64,000 nt of DNA. Source: Lepidodermella squamata (lineage: Eukaryota > Animalia > Gastrotricha). The translations under genes and the position numbers were made by a program. The stretch lies in assembly GCA_047495785.1 (NCBI GenBank), contig JBLDXI010000007.1, forward strand, positions 3,286,001-3,350,000. The letters run 5' to 3'. Shown here piece by piece: positions 1-10,493 of the stretch. Below the pieces are notes generated by a model. That model was not told the origin of the DNA, did no database searches, and saw only the letters and a list, made by a program, of their open reading frames with translations. Position 1 is the first letter of the stretch. Every line of letters starts with the position of its first letter.

Positions 1-31
1 AGCAAGCAAGAACATGAGCTTGCCATTGACA

Positions 32-181
32 CAGTGCGCGAAGTCGGATCCTCGAACTAGGGGGTATTTTCGGGCTCCAATTTTATGGGTCCCCCTGTGG
101 TTTTTGGGTGGGTTTTTTCCTCTTTTGCCTGCCGAACAGGGGGTACGATAACCCTCATTCCCCCGCGTACTTCGCGCCCTG
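32..181. mobile_element. hAT-type MITE (150 bp)
   Basis: Terminal inverted repeats CAGTGCGCGAAGT / ACTTCGCGCCCTG (12/13 match). Flanked by a near-perfect 8-bp duplication, CATTGACA (24-31) / CATTGACC (182-189). Confidence 0.7.
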
Positions 182-903
182 CATTGACCATTGATTAATA
201 ACAGGCCTGGCCTATTGGGAATCCAGCTAAAATGGATTAAAACATTCTTCAACTTCTTTTTGTGAGCCGTTCAGCGGAGTCCAATTGTCCAGCGGACCTC
301 AGTTCAATTGCCCAGAATGATTGGCCAATTATCATATTTCGTTCTTTCGTCTAGACCTTTGAAAAGAAGCGTTGAGCTAGCACATGCATTTATGGTTCTC
401 ACCCTGACATACCCAGTCAATGTTTGACGATACTGAGTGACATCGGTAGCTTCAAGATCCTATCGGAGAACCATTTGAAGGATATAAATTTAGCACTGCC
501 GAAGAGCAGCTAACATTCGAACATGCCAATTTCGAGCACAGGACATTTTTGAGACTCCATAAAATGCACGATCAGATCATGAAAATCTGTGCGTTACCGC
601 TGAAATTCCGTGGTAATCCCGTGAGCCAAATGTCTGCTCTGTCGATAATGACATTGATTATGTCTATTTCATACAGTCTGGTCTTGTTTTGGCCTAGAAA
701 CGGATAGATGAACGGCCTATGAACGACCCAAAAACTAAATTCATTGAAATATGTGACAGTTCACCCAGAAAATTAGTGCGCTCCAGTTTTTAGTGAAAGT
801 GAAGTGAAGTGAGATAAAGGCGCAAATCTTTCATTCAATGAAATAAATTCATGAAAATCAATAAGTAATTGTTAAACAAGCATTAGCATTATTATCTTTG
901 CAA

Positions 904-2541
904 TTATCTGAATTTGCCGCAAGAAGCGTAACAAGTCGAGCCATATTTGTCATAGCAAGTGCAGGTGTCAATGGCCGAAACGTAAAACTCCCGCCACTTC
1001 TCCGGCCCACCGCTAATAGGCTGTATGCCACATCCAAGCACGAAATTACCCGGCGAACACTTGACCTGCCACGTGCCCTTGCCGAAAGACTTCTGCACCT
1101 CGTAATTGTAGATATTCGCAGCACACGTCGCGTAACCAGTGCCGCCGTAAGTGTCTCGAAATTGGCAAGCGCTGCCGTCATCAGCCGGATACATCTGCCG
1201 CCATCCGTCGAACTTCGCTCCGTTCGGGAATAAATGGCAGCCGAGGACTTTAGACCCGCTGGGGCACCTGACTGAAAAGTATGACGCGCCTTGCGAGCCG
1301 ATGATTCGCTTACCAGTCGCAGCGTTCGAGCACCAAAGGGCACACTGCATGCCGTGACGATCGTTGCATTCGCAAGTTGCGTCATTCATAGGAATCGTCC
1401 TGCGGTTTGGATCGTTTGAAACGCCGTAGGACATATTCTTCGGTCCACAGAAGAGCAGAGAATAGCCAGGGCGGCAGGAAATAGTCGTAGTAGATTTTAT
1501 TGCTGATATCACTGAACTCATTCGAACTGGCAAGTTGTCAGCCATTGGGTCCTTACATACCGGATTGTATCTGCAATAGTTGAGGTAATAGTCCTCTAAA
1601 TTAGCTCTCTTCTGCGCTAGTTCAGCCGAATTCTCGTCTGGAAGATAGCTGGTCGTAAACAACTCTGACAACTCCCGAAGCACGTATGTTATTGGCATGG
1701 GTGAAACCTCCGACATAGCGGCCCACGTCTCCCATCGGCCGTCAGTCGAGGGCCTGCTGCCCAGGTAGTACTCTGAGTGGGAGGATCGTTTGCTATCAAA
1801 AGTTTGCGCGGCCTGTTTTTCCGTCGCAGTTGCAGTGGAGAGGCTGCCAGTGACGCCGAGAAACGACGACTCCGCCCCTACCTTCACATTGAAACTTTCC
1901 ATCTCCATGATCGCCCAAGCCATGTCGTCGATTTCACTTCGAACTACAGCCTTCGCGCCCATAGTCATGGAGGTTAGATAGTGAGTACCGAAAGTTCGAA
2001 CAAATTGGGAATACTGCGATTGGTCGCGTGCTGTTGGCAGAGATCGAACTGCGGCTGCGAAGTTTTGAGTGACTCGAAAGGGGACGTAGGCATCGATTGC
2101 GACTTTATAAGTCGTGCATTTCGCAACAGTCTCAACGAAAGCAGTTTTGAACTGAGATGTCCTTTCTTCGACGTGCTTGTAAGACGAGCTTGAGCTGAAC
2201 TTCTGGCCCCAGCCACTGCCTGATACGGACACATCTACAGACAGTGAGTTCATGTAGCTCTGAGTGCCATGGACTGTTGAGGCTTCAGCTCTGTAAGAAC
2301 AGGTCAATGCCGACAAGACCTGAGTTCCGTCGGGTACCAGCCATTTTCCGTCGGCTGATTGCTGCCGTCTGTCGTAGGTTAATTCGAAAATCTTTTGCCG
2401 GAAGCCTGGGTCGAGCACATTGCCGTGGGGGTCACCGTATATAACGTCGTACCCAAGTCCCAGGTAGTCAACGTTAGGTAACTTATTTTGAGCCTCGAGC
2501 AAAGTTGGGAGCAAGAGGCAGGTGAATAGTAAGCCAAGCAT
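904..2541 (-). CDS. Secreted MACPF (perforin-like) protein with three C-terminal Cys-rich repeats, 545 aa, single coding exon
   Basis: ATG at 2541 (the ORF track starts at an upstream TTG). Signal peptide MLGLLFTCLLLPTLLEA; YLGLGYDVIYGDP..DPGFR start of the MACPF domain; signature FVRTFGTHYLTSMTMGA; three C-x-(P/S)G-x-x-L-x-C...C repeats at the C-terminus. Confidence 0.9.
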   Translation of the reverse strand: MLGLLFTCLLLPTLLEAQNKLPNVDYLGLGYDVIYGDPHGNVLDPGFRQKIFELTYDRRQQSADGKWLVPDGTQVLSALTCSYRAEASTVHGTQSYMNSLSVDVSVSGSGWGQKFSSSSSYKHVEERTSQFKTAFVETVAKCTTYKVAIDAYVPFRVTQNFAAAVRSLPTARDQSQYSQFVRTFGTHYLTSMTMGAKAVVRSEIDDMAWAIMEMESFNVKVGAESSFLGVTGSLSTATATEKQAAQTFDSKRSSHSEYYLGSRPSTDGRWETWAAMSEVSPMPITYVLRELSELFTTSYLPDENSAELAQKRANLEDYYLNYCRYNPVCKDPMADNLPVRMSSVISAIKSTTTISCRPGYSLLFCGPKNMSYGVSNDPNRRTIPMNDATCECNDRHGMQCALWCSNAATGKRIIGSQGASYFSVRCPSGSKVLGCHLFPNGAKFDGWRQMYPADDGSACQFRDTYGGTGYATCAANIYNYEVQKSFGKGTWQVKCSPGNFVLGCGIQPISGGPEKWREFYVSAIDTCTCYDKYGSTCYASCGKFR

Positions 2542-2957
2542 CAATCCTTAGTTTTTGATTTATTAGCTGCAAGGTTAAAGTCTTGAAAGAATCTGGTGTG
2601 AGAAAATGGTGCCAACGGTCGGATAAAATGTAGAGATAACGAGTCCTTAGCCCCTTGCGTTCCATTTTTATCGTGGGAATAAGCTGGGCGAAACACGATA
2701 AAAATGTGAACCTCGTTTAGAATAACTGATCTGATAGTTGAACCAACTTGTACTCACAGGTCACAGGTCCATGAACTGGTTCGAGGAAGATGGAGCGAAG
2801 TTATTTCTCCCAATAGATGTTCCTGTGCCGCAGCCTCTGCTTTTATTCTTTATAACTCTGGCTAACCTCACAAAATAATCAATCATATTTCGATCGATTT
2901 ATTGCTACGGAAAAATTTACATGAATCATGGGCTAATACTTTTCATCACCAGCTTGC

Positions 2958-3806
2958 CTAAAGTTTTCCGCTCGGGTTCCTTGCTTTGAATCGAGCATCC
3001 CAAGCCATTTTGTCGCGATCCCTCTCAGCTGATAAACTCCCAGAGAGAGCGTTGAACAACGGCCCGCCTATTCCGAAACCGACACAGCAATAGACCAGAA
3101 TCCATCCATTATCGGGTCCTAAGAAGCTTTTCTCCGTCGAAAGGTTGAGGATCTTACCTAAGACAATCAGTAAGCTACAGGCGAAAAAGCCGAGGGACAT
3201 GCAGCCTGCAAATATATTGAACAAATTCTTGAGGAAACTCCGAAATCGCCGGTAGCAGAAGCGAGAACTACGTCTGGTGCAATCATCGGCGAAATCGCAG
3301 ACGCAATGCCGTGACAACGGTGTGTCACATCGATAGCAGACATCACAGCATTGATTCATCAAACAGCCAGGGTATTCGCAACATCGGCAGTGGGCGAAAC
3401 ACCGTCGACAGCCAGGGTTAGTACATCTCCAGGTCTTTTGATCGGCCTCAACGGGGCTGTCACTCGGAAAGGCCGTGCAGGCGAAACAGTTGAAAATCTG
3501 CCATTTGAGATCGTCGTCGATGCATCCGCAGGTTAAGCAGCGAAGACACTTCAAGCAAACACAACATCGCCAGTCTCGCTGCTCTTGCGACCAAGGCGTT
3601 GTGTCTTGGATGTCTTTACAGCGTTCGCATGTTAGAGATTTCCATCGCTTCTCTCTAGCGCAACAAGCGGTGCAGCAGAAAAAGATTCGAAGAGATTCGC
3701 GGAGAACAATGGCCGCACTTTCGCCTACAGATGTTGGCTTCTGAAGCCCTAATTTGCTCAGCACAGTCTGGACGCTATCCAAAATATTTTCCGGTAGTTT
3801 CAACAT
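2958..3806 (-). CDS. Cys-rich protein with two C-terminal TM helices, unknown function
   Basis: Long ORF (ATG at 3806, or 3866). Dense Cys clusters with an internal repeat; hydrophobic segments FNIFAGCMSLGFFACSLLIVLG and WILVYCCVGFGIGGPLF; no signal peptide. Confidence 0.65.
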   Translation of the reverse strand: MLKLPENILDSVQTVLSKLGLQKPTSVGESAAIVLRESLRIFFCCTACCAREKRWKSLTCERCKDIQDTTPWSQEQRDWRCCVCLKCLRCLTCGCIDDDLKWQIFNCFACTAFPSDSPVEADQKTWRCTNPGCRRCFAHCRCCEYPGCLMNQCCDVCYRCDTPLSRHCVCDFADDCTRRSSRFCYRRFRSFLKNLFNIFAGCMSLGFFACSLLIVLGKILNLSTEKSFLGPDNGWILVYCCVGFGIGGPLFNALSGSLSAERDRDKMAWDARFKARNPSGKL

Positions 3807-3890
3807 GTTTTTATTACAGTAAAATCGGGCTTTAATGACGAAATGACGCGCGCGAAAAATTAGCATGATTTCAGGGTTGTTTACGAAAGA

Positions 3891-6224
3891 CTATCGCATA
3901 TGAGATGCGAAATGCGGCATTCCGGCACGATGGCCGTCGTGCGTTGCAGATGGCCTATTTTGCGATGTAAAACCAGTATGTAAATGCTTAAGGAAAAAAG
4001 TGATCGTCCAGAGGAAAACAGACAGTAACCAGGCCATAATTGAAAGAGCCATCATTCTGCCTATCGGATGGCTTTCCAATACGAAATAAAGAAGAAGCGT
4101 ACCGTAGTAAATTGTTGTCAGAAAAACTGCTCCTAGTCTGATTGCGAAAAGTCTCTCGGCTTCAATATCTTTAATTTTCAGTCGCCTCAAATCATAAGAT
4201 AGCCACGAAGCGATGAGAAGACCTAAGCCAATGATTGCTATTAAAACTCCGAACCAGACCTCGGAATTGTCAGAATCAAACGCTTGAATTCGCCACGTGG
4301 TAAGCGTATCTGTTTCCGGATCATATGAATCGTGTAGTATCATCTTACTGTCAATCAATTTAGCGTTGTCTGCTGCAAACCATGTAACTAGATATGCCAC
4401 CGTGATTATCAAGCTACATGCTACGCAGCGATTTGTTTTATCACTATGCTGAGGCACAGACCCTGAACCGCTATTAGTTCTCAGTTGGCTACTAGTGTGA
4501 CAAAATCCTTCAGCAGCCCGAACGTTTTGTCTATGTTTCTGTTTGTAAGTAAGCAGCTGGCACAATATTGATGATACGCAAGCAACTAATGCTATAGAGG
4601 GAACTGTGATTTGAGAAATGAACAAGCTGAGAGATGATAGGAAAGTGCCAGGCACCGCCAAGAGAATGGCTGCGGAATTTAGTAGCATGCTGGAGATTAT
4701 TATGACCAGATTCGAGATTGAAATATCTCGCCTCCTCAATGAAAGAAACACAATTTGGGACACGGCTGTTGCGCTACAGATCGCTAGCATGCACCAGAAA
4801 AATTCATTTGATACTGACAATGTAGTAATGACCTCCTTCATCCTATCTCTTGGAGGCGAACTATCGCTGCTCGTCCAGTATGGGAGGAAAAGTGTTTTTA
4901 AGTTCGAGTAACTTGAAAGATTCATCGGTGAAGCCAGAGGGTCATTTCGTCGTATTGTATTCAAAACTCGCGGCCCAAATTGTTCCGTCCATTGAAAAGC
5001 CACGTAAATATCGTCATCTGGTTCTCCTCTTCCAGAGTACTGGAACTCGCCAATGCGGAGCCCGGCGTATCTAACGCTGAACATGGATTCGTTTGCCAGT
5101 TGCATAATCTCGCTCTGCTGAGCTCCGAAATCAGCAATCGACTTATTCATGAGCATTAACTTATTTTCCGTGTTGTTGAGAGCTACAAGAGCGGCTAGAG
5201 TTGCGTCATGGCAAAGGTTCCTGTTTAGGTAATCCGCGGGCATAACATCTCTAGACCCTCCCATGGCGACCCATTTATCACGAAAGATCAATTCGAACTC
5301 TGAGATATTGTAGCCAAGCGTTGTTTTCAGGCCGGGCATCAGAACGTTCTCCGTGGCCCAACCGACCCAAAAAGTCAGTTTATACTGCTCTAAGACCATT
5401 TTCTTGGTGCAGGTTTGACTTATTCTGTCAGGCATATTAGCAGGCTCGAAAAACAGCCCTGATACAGTAACGAAGGCGTATTTCGGTCCTCTCATTCCCA
5501 AGAGGTATGTTCGGCACATGAAGTTCATGAGATGGACTGCCATCGAAGTGAACAAGTTTACCACCCGTATGTCTTCCCTGATAAGACCTTGTATTGTCAG
5601 ATCGTCAATGTCGGAGACCAGATCAAAATAAGGTATCTCGAAATTATTACCATTTGCCTGAATCAGAATTTGAGATGCGGTCATATAGTCGGCAGGATTT
5701 TGAGTTGTCGTTAGTATTCCAAATCTATTCCATCCACCAACATCACGAGTGAATATCAATTGGGAATAGAGCAGCAAATCCTGACCAGCTCGAGCTCTGT
5801 ATAGGTTCTTGTATATTTTCCTTTGATTAGTCATTGCAGGGTGGTTGCAGCCGGTTGCTGATTGAACTAGGTTTAAATGGGACACAACAGGAGCTGCGGC
5901 CTTGCATCCACCAGAGAAAGTTGGACCGACGAAAATTGGGGAAAACACGCCATTTCTTTCCTTGAATTGAAGAAACCTTCGCGTAGTCATCGAAGCACCA
6001 GGTCCTTCGTCTTCAAATACCGGAGTCAAATGATACCCAGGCAATAGGTCCTTCTTCGCGTTGGCTGCTTCAATAGCAATTTGAGAAGCGATTATGCATG
6101 CCTCGGCTTTTCTTGGTTCATCACCCGTGATTGGGTACACGAAGAGTATTTGTAAGTCTTTGACCATCTTCGCGGTGATGCTGAAGTGTAATAGACATTG
6201 GATAATAAGCTTGAACAAATGCAT
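3891..6224 (-). CDS. Class C GPCR, GABA-B-receptor-like (Venus flytrap domain + 7TM), intronless, 777 aa
   Basis: Signal peptide. ANF-receptor-type motifs (IAIEAANAKKDLLPGYHL, VGPTFSGGC, YKNLYR, GWNRFGIL). W...PPRD stalk with no Cys-rich domain. Seven hydrophobic helices. Confidence 0.85.
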   Translation of the reverse strand: MHLFKLIIQCLLHFSITAKMVKDLQILFVYPITGDEPRKAEACIIASQIAIEAANAKKDLLPGYHLTPVFEDEGPGASMTTRRFLQFKERNGVFSPIFVGPTFSGGCKAAAPVVSHLNLVQSATGCNHPAMTNQRKIYKNLYRARAGQDLLLYSQLIFTRDVGGWNRFGILTTTQNPADYMTASQILIQANGNNFEIPYFDLVSDIDDLTIQGLIREDIRVVNLFTSMAVHLMNFMCRTYLLGMRGPKYAFVTVSGLFFEPANMPDRISQTCTKKMVLEQYKLTFWVGWATENVLMPGLKTTLGYNISEFELIFRDKWVAMGGSRDVMPADYLNRNLCHDATLAALVALNNTENKLMLMNKSIADFGAQQSEIMQLANESMFSVRYAGLRIGEFQYSGRGEPDDDIYVAFQWTEQFGPRVLNTIRRNDPLASPMNLSSYSNLKTLFLPYWTSSDSSPPRDRMKEVITTLSVSNEFFWCMLAICSATAVSQIVFLSLRRRDISISNLVIIISSMLLNSAAILLAVPGTFLSSLSLFISQITVPSIALVACVSSILCQLLTYKQKHRQNVRAAEGFCHTSSQLRTNSGSGSVPQHSDKTNRCVACSLIITVAYLVTWFAADNAKLIDSKMILHDSYDPETDTLTTWRIQAFDSDNSEVWFGVLIAIIGLGLLIASWLSYDLRRLKIKDIEAERLFAIRLGAVFLTTIYYGTLLLYFVLESHPIGRMMALSIMAWLLSVFLWTITFFLKHLHTGFTSQNRPSATHDGHRAGMPHFASHMR

Positions 6225-7168
6225 CGTAATTTAACGTGCAACAATAATGTTGAATAAAAGTAAAGGCATTGATCGCTGATATGGCTGTATCGTATGTGAT
6301 AGCTATAGTTTGAAACGGTCCGGTCATTGATTTCTTTTACTATTTTGACGTTGCTTGTTTCTTTAGTTGAATCGTCAAGATTTTCGTGATTAATTAGCTA
6401 CCGAGAAGATTAAGACCACGGAGGTAAAATCCCACTTAGCTTGCTACTAAAGTATATCTGTTAGTAAATGTCGCAGGTTATCAATAAATCATACATCAAT
6501 CACCAATGAGCGTCTTCGAATCCCAGTTTCTGAATAAATCAGTTTTTTGACTAAAATTTGTATGAAATTGAGCATCTTTGACTTATTGGTCTACAGTTTA
6601 AAGAGACTGTCGCCCCAGTTAAAGTGGCTATAGCTGTATACTGCTTAGGAATGACCTGGTGGGAAATCATAAGAAATTAATGCGTTGGCCCTTCTAATTA
6701 AATTTTTTCAGCCAGATTTAGCGCATCCTGATTCCGCCTTATGGAGGCGTCGTCGACTGGGACAGCCGACCCGCGCGTAATCAATAAATGAATAACAGTT
6801 TGTGACTAACATGTAATATTTAGGCAGCGCTAAAAACCGCAAAAAAAAGATGCGCATTGTTATTAAATGAAACGCACGCGCCCGCTGACCATTATATGAT
6901 TAGCTTTTTTCGCCGCCTCATCTTATAGCCACGACGCGTATTATTCTAATTCAAAATTTGACACTGTTGCCTATTCTACTGCAGAACGAGAGAAAATATT
7001 TTTAATCACGCACAATTTCAATCCCAAGGCGCGACAAAATGTAACATGTGCGAAAAACAGTCAGTTTGCCTATATGGCCTGATTTCAGCTTTCAGCTATT
7101 TCATCAGCCGCATATTTTTGAATCGAAGCCAAAGGAGATGCTTTTCTGGGGTGCCATGTTAACCTAAA

Positions 7169-10100
7169 ATGCTGACAAGCGTTTTCATTGCCTCATTCTT
7201 CCTATCTACTACTAGGGCTGCAGGCCTTGCTCAAGGCGGGGCGAAACCTCCGTCCGCTACAGGTAGGCGTTATGCTTCATCGGTAGCGAATTATTCAAAT
7301 TATGCTGTCTTAATCTTAGCACCTTCCAAGTCGATGCATACGATGGTGACGAACCGCCCCTCTGAACACGTTGATGAAGATGGTCAGCCGAAGGGCGGCA
7401 TGACGGGATCTGTCCCAGGTCAGTCTCTGAACGAGCTTCTTGGCGCTATTTTCGGTAATTACCACAAGGAATTAGTGCCGAAGCGGTAAGTATCGAAGTT
7501 AACATTTTTTGTTATGTTTGATTCAAAACCAATATTTAGCCCAACTACAGTGAAAATGGATTTACTTTTGCTCAAAGTGAAATCAACCGTTGAGAAGGAA
7601 GGCATTTTCGAATCTGTTGTAGCCTTATTCATCGTAAGTCTATAATTTATCCTCAGTCTGATAGCCTAAAAGTTTAAATTGGCTTTAGGAATGGCAGGAT
7701 GATCGGTTAGTCTGGAATCCTCGAGACTACGATAACGTCAGCATTTTGGCGTTTGATTCCGACAAAGTCTGGCTTCCGGATATCGCGGTATAGCATTCCC
7801 CAAAAATTGTTTTACGCAATTGAAATCAGTTCTTTCTTTAGATGACAAATTCAGCTGATCACTTGTACTCGATAAGCAAAGACACGCGCTTTGTGGTGCG
7901 AGTTTCTCATGACGGCCTCATGAAATTTGTTCCAACCGGAACAGCCCGCACCTGGTGCGACTTGAAGCTTTTAACCTTTCCTTTCGACATTCAAACTTGC
8001 TCACTCGAGTTCGAATCGTGGTCACTAGACTCTTCCACTATGACTTTCAACAAATCTTCAGATGCTCTTGTTGATGATGCATTTGCCAGGTAATTGGAAT
8101 TACCATGACCTTTTTTTATCTAATCAAGCAATTCGTCATGATTCTAGTCCTCAGTGGTCGCTATGCAAGCGGCAAGCTATTGTTTACGATCATTTTTACA
8201 ATTTTACTGGGGAAACATTCACTCGTGTTCGATTCGACTTCATCGTTCGACGAAAATCAACTTTTTATATCATAAACCTCATTTTTCCAGTAAGTTATCC
8301 ATAGTCTCATGACACCTACTTCATAATCGTTATCGTAATTCACAACAGTGTGCGACATTATCGCTAATTCAGGTAGGTTCGATGTTTTGAATGAGTATTC
8401 CAATTCAAATAGAGTTTATCGTCCAGCTTCTCGTATTCATTATTCCAAGTACAGACTCTACATCAGACCGCGTTGGCTTTGGAACAACTAACCTCTTGAC
8501 TCTGGTAGTTTTTCAGGTGGGTTCTGGTTCATTTATCTTATTCATCATGAATCATATTTGTTCCTAATTTTCAGACTATTGTAACAGAGGAAATGGTATG
8601 TACTTTTAGTGTGAAATTGACATATATTTTTGTTAAATATCTTTTTTGACAGCCGAAATCAAGTGATGCAGTGACTGCCCTTTCAAAATACATTATTGCA
8701 CTTGTAAGACTCATCTTCAAATCGCAACCCGTTTTATTTTATCTGCCTTTTTTCAGATTATAATTTCTGCGGTCGGAATTTTCGAGTCTGTAATTGCTGA
8801 GCGAATGCTCCGAACTACGTCATCGCCACCGCCTGTTTGGGCTTCGCGTATCATGCAGATTTTCCCGATGTTATGGTCGTCTCAACTACCAACCGGGATA
8901 ACTCAAATGATTTTAGATGGCGACCACGAAATCGATGAAACATTCGGCGCGAAAAAGGACCAAGAAAGTGAATCCTCATCGAGCGATGGCGACGATGTGG
9001 AACGCAGTCGCTCAGGTTCGAAACCAGCCGCGATTGAATCCAGCTCTGATAGGCCTAAGCGCCGGTTGGTCGTTAAAATCGACGAAAGTGGCCTATCAAC
9101 AAAGGCTGAGAAAATTGATTCCGTACAAAATGCAGAACTCCAGCCGCCTGGAAGTCCCAATAACTTAATCGATAGACCTAAAACTCTGAAATTGGCATCC
9201 GAGGTGGATGCGAAGAACGACCTGTATAGCAACGTTCGGCTACCAGCGGACCCGCTCAAAAAACAACCTGTGACTAGGGTGGTTAGCGATTCGGAGAAAT
9301 CGCAAGCTCAGTCGTCGCCTCAAACTACAACTACTACGAGTGTTAATGATGAAGACGAACAGGGACAATCCAAAATCAAGAGGGTAAGGTCTGAAATCGA
9401 ACTTCTTCCATAATTCTTCTAAAATTGCTTTTCAGGAAAAATCGTTCATTTTCACTTCACTGGCGCACCGCATCGATCGTTCAATCAATGCCCTCCGTGC
9501 GGAAGATTCTCTCCCTGACTACCCCGACTACCTCAAACTGCCTGCCTCAATCCGCCGCCACCGTTACAGCGTTCACGGCCGGCGAAATGTCAATAATCCT
9601 GCAAATTTAGCTCAAGCTCCGCCCCCTCTTCCGCACAAACCGAACTATGTGCCAGCGATTGACAACGCTACTTACTACTACCTCAAAGTGAATGGAGCGA
9701 GAACACTGCCACGCCTACCTCCGCCACCGCCACCCCGCTATGACTCGGCCAAGCTAATGCATAACAATTCTATTCAGTATTATGACGATTCAATCGATCA
9801 ACAGCTCTTATCGCAGGTAGTCAGACAGAAATCTAAAAATAGAAAATTACGAAACTAAGTTATCTTGAATTTTTAGGCCTATGCCCCTTCGAGCAGCCAA
9901 GCGCCAAATTTACTCGCCGAGATGTTTGCCAGCCCATCGTGCTCATCACTTCACAACGAAGTTAGCAACAGCGTTGTGACCGATAACACTGCCAATTTTA
10001 CTATGAATTGCGACTACTTCAATATTGACCAATTGCAAGGCGAAAACAATGCGAAAGGCCATATTCTTTCAAGTACGGCTGTTGCTGTGAACGAAACGAT

Positions 10101-10377
10101 CATCGAGGACAGCAAGGCTATCTCTAAAGCGAATGAAATCAGGCTAGCTAGATCTGACAGCGAAGATTCAGACTCCGAGGATGATGCTAGCGAAGCTCTA
10201 AGGCGTAGCGATCAGCTGATGCGCATCAAAAACGGCCGTCAATGGGGCATTCTCGTCACTCGGATTGATTCCTTTACCTTCACAACTTGCATCGTCCTTG
10301 CTATCGGCATACCTCTCGGACTATTTGTTCCGCTCATCCTAAGCGAGGACAAATGTCCAGTCATGTCTGAGTACTAG
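7169..10377 (+). CDS. Cys-loop ligand-gated ion channel subunit (nAChR-like, non-alpha), 13 exons, ~845 aa
   Basis: GT-AG exons 7169-7262, 7320-7485, 7540-7633, 7689-7787, 7842-8089, 8148-8289, 8349-8372, 8427-8516, 8575-8595, 8653-8703, 8757-9383, 9436-9816, 9877-10377 sum to 2538 nt in frame. Motifs WQDDRLVW, WLPDI, Cys-loop CDLKLLTFPFDIQTC, M2 DRVGFGTTNLLTLVVF, and M4. Confidence 0.88.
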
Positions 10378-10493
10378 ACAAATAGTTTATTTACTTTGAC
10401 GGTTTCGATTCAAATAAATTGTGTTTTTTGTTACTTGTTACTGTTATTTGGAACGCCGCAATAGGGTCGAGACTTTATGAGCTCGTTATCCCA

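Noticed and set aside
858-2444. Short ORFs overlapping the MACPF gene
   Set aside because: Alternative-frame or antisense shadows with no motifs.
7169-10377. Assigning gene symbols (nAChR alpha/beta, GABBR1/2, perforin)
   Set aside because: The sequences are too divergent to call orthology without a phylogeny.
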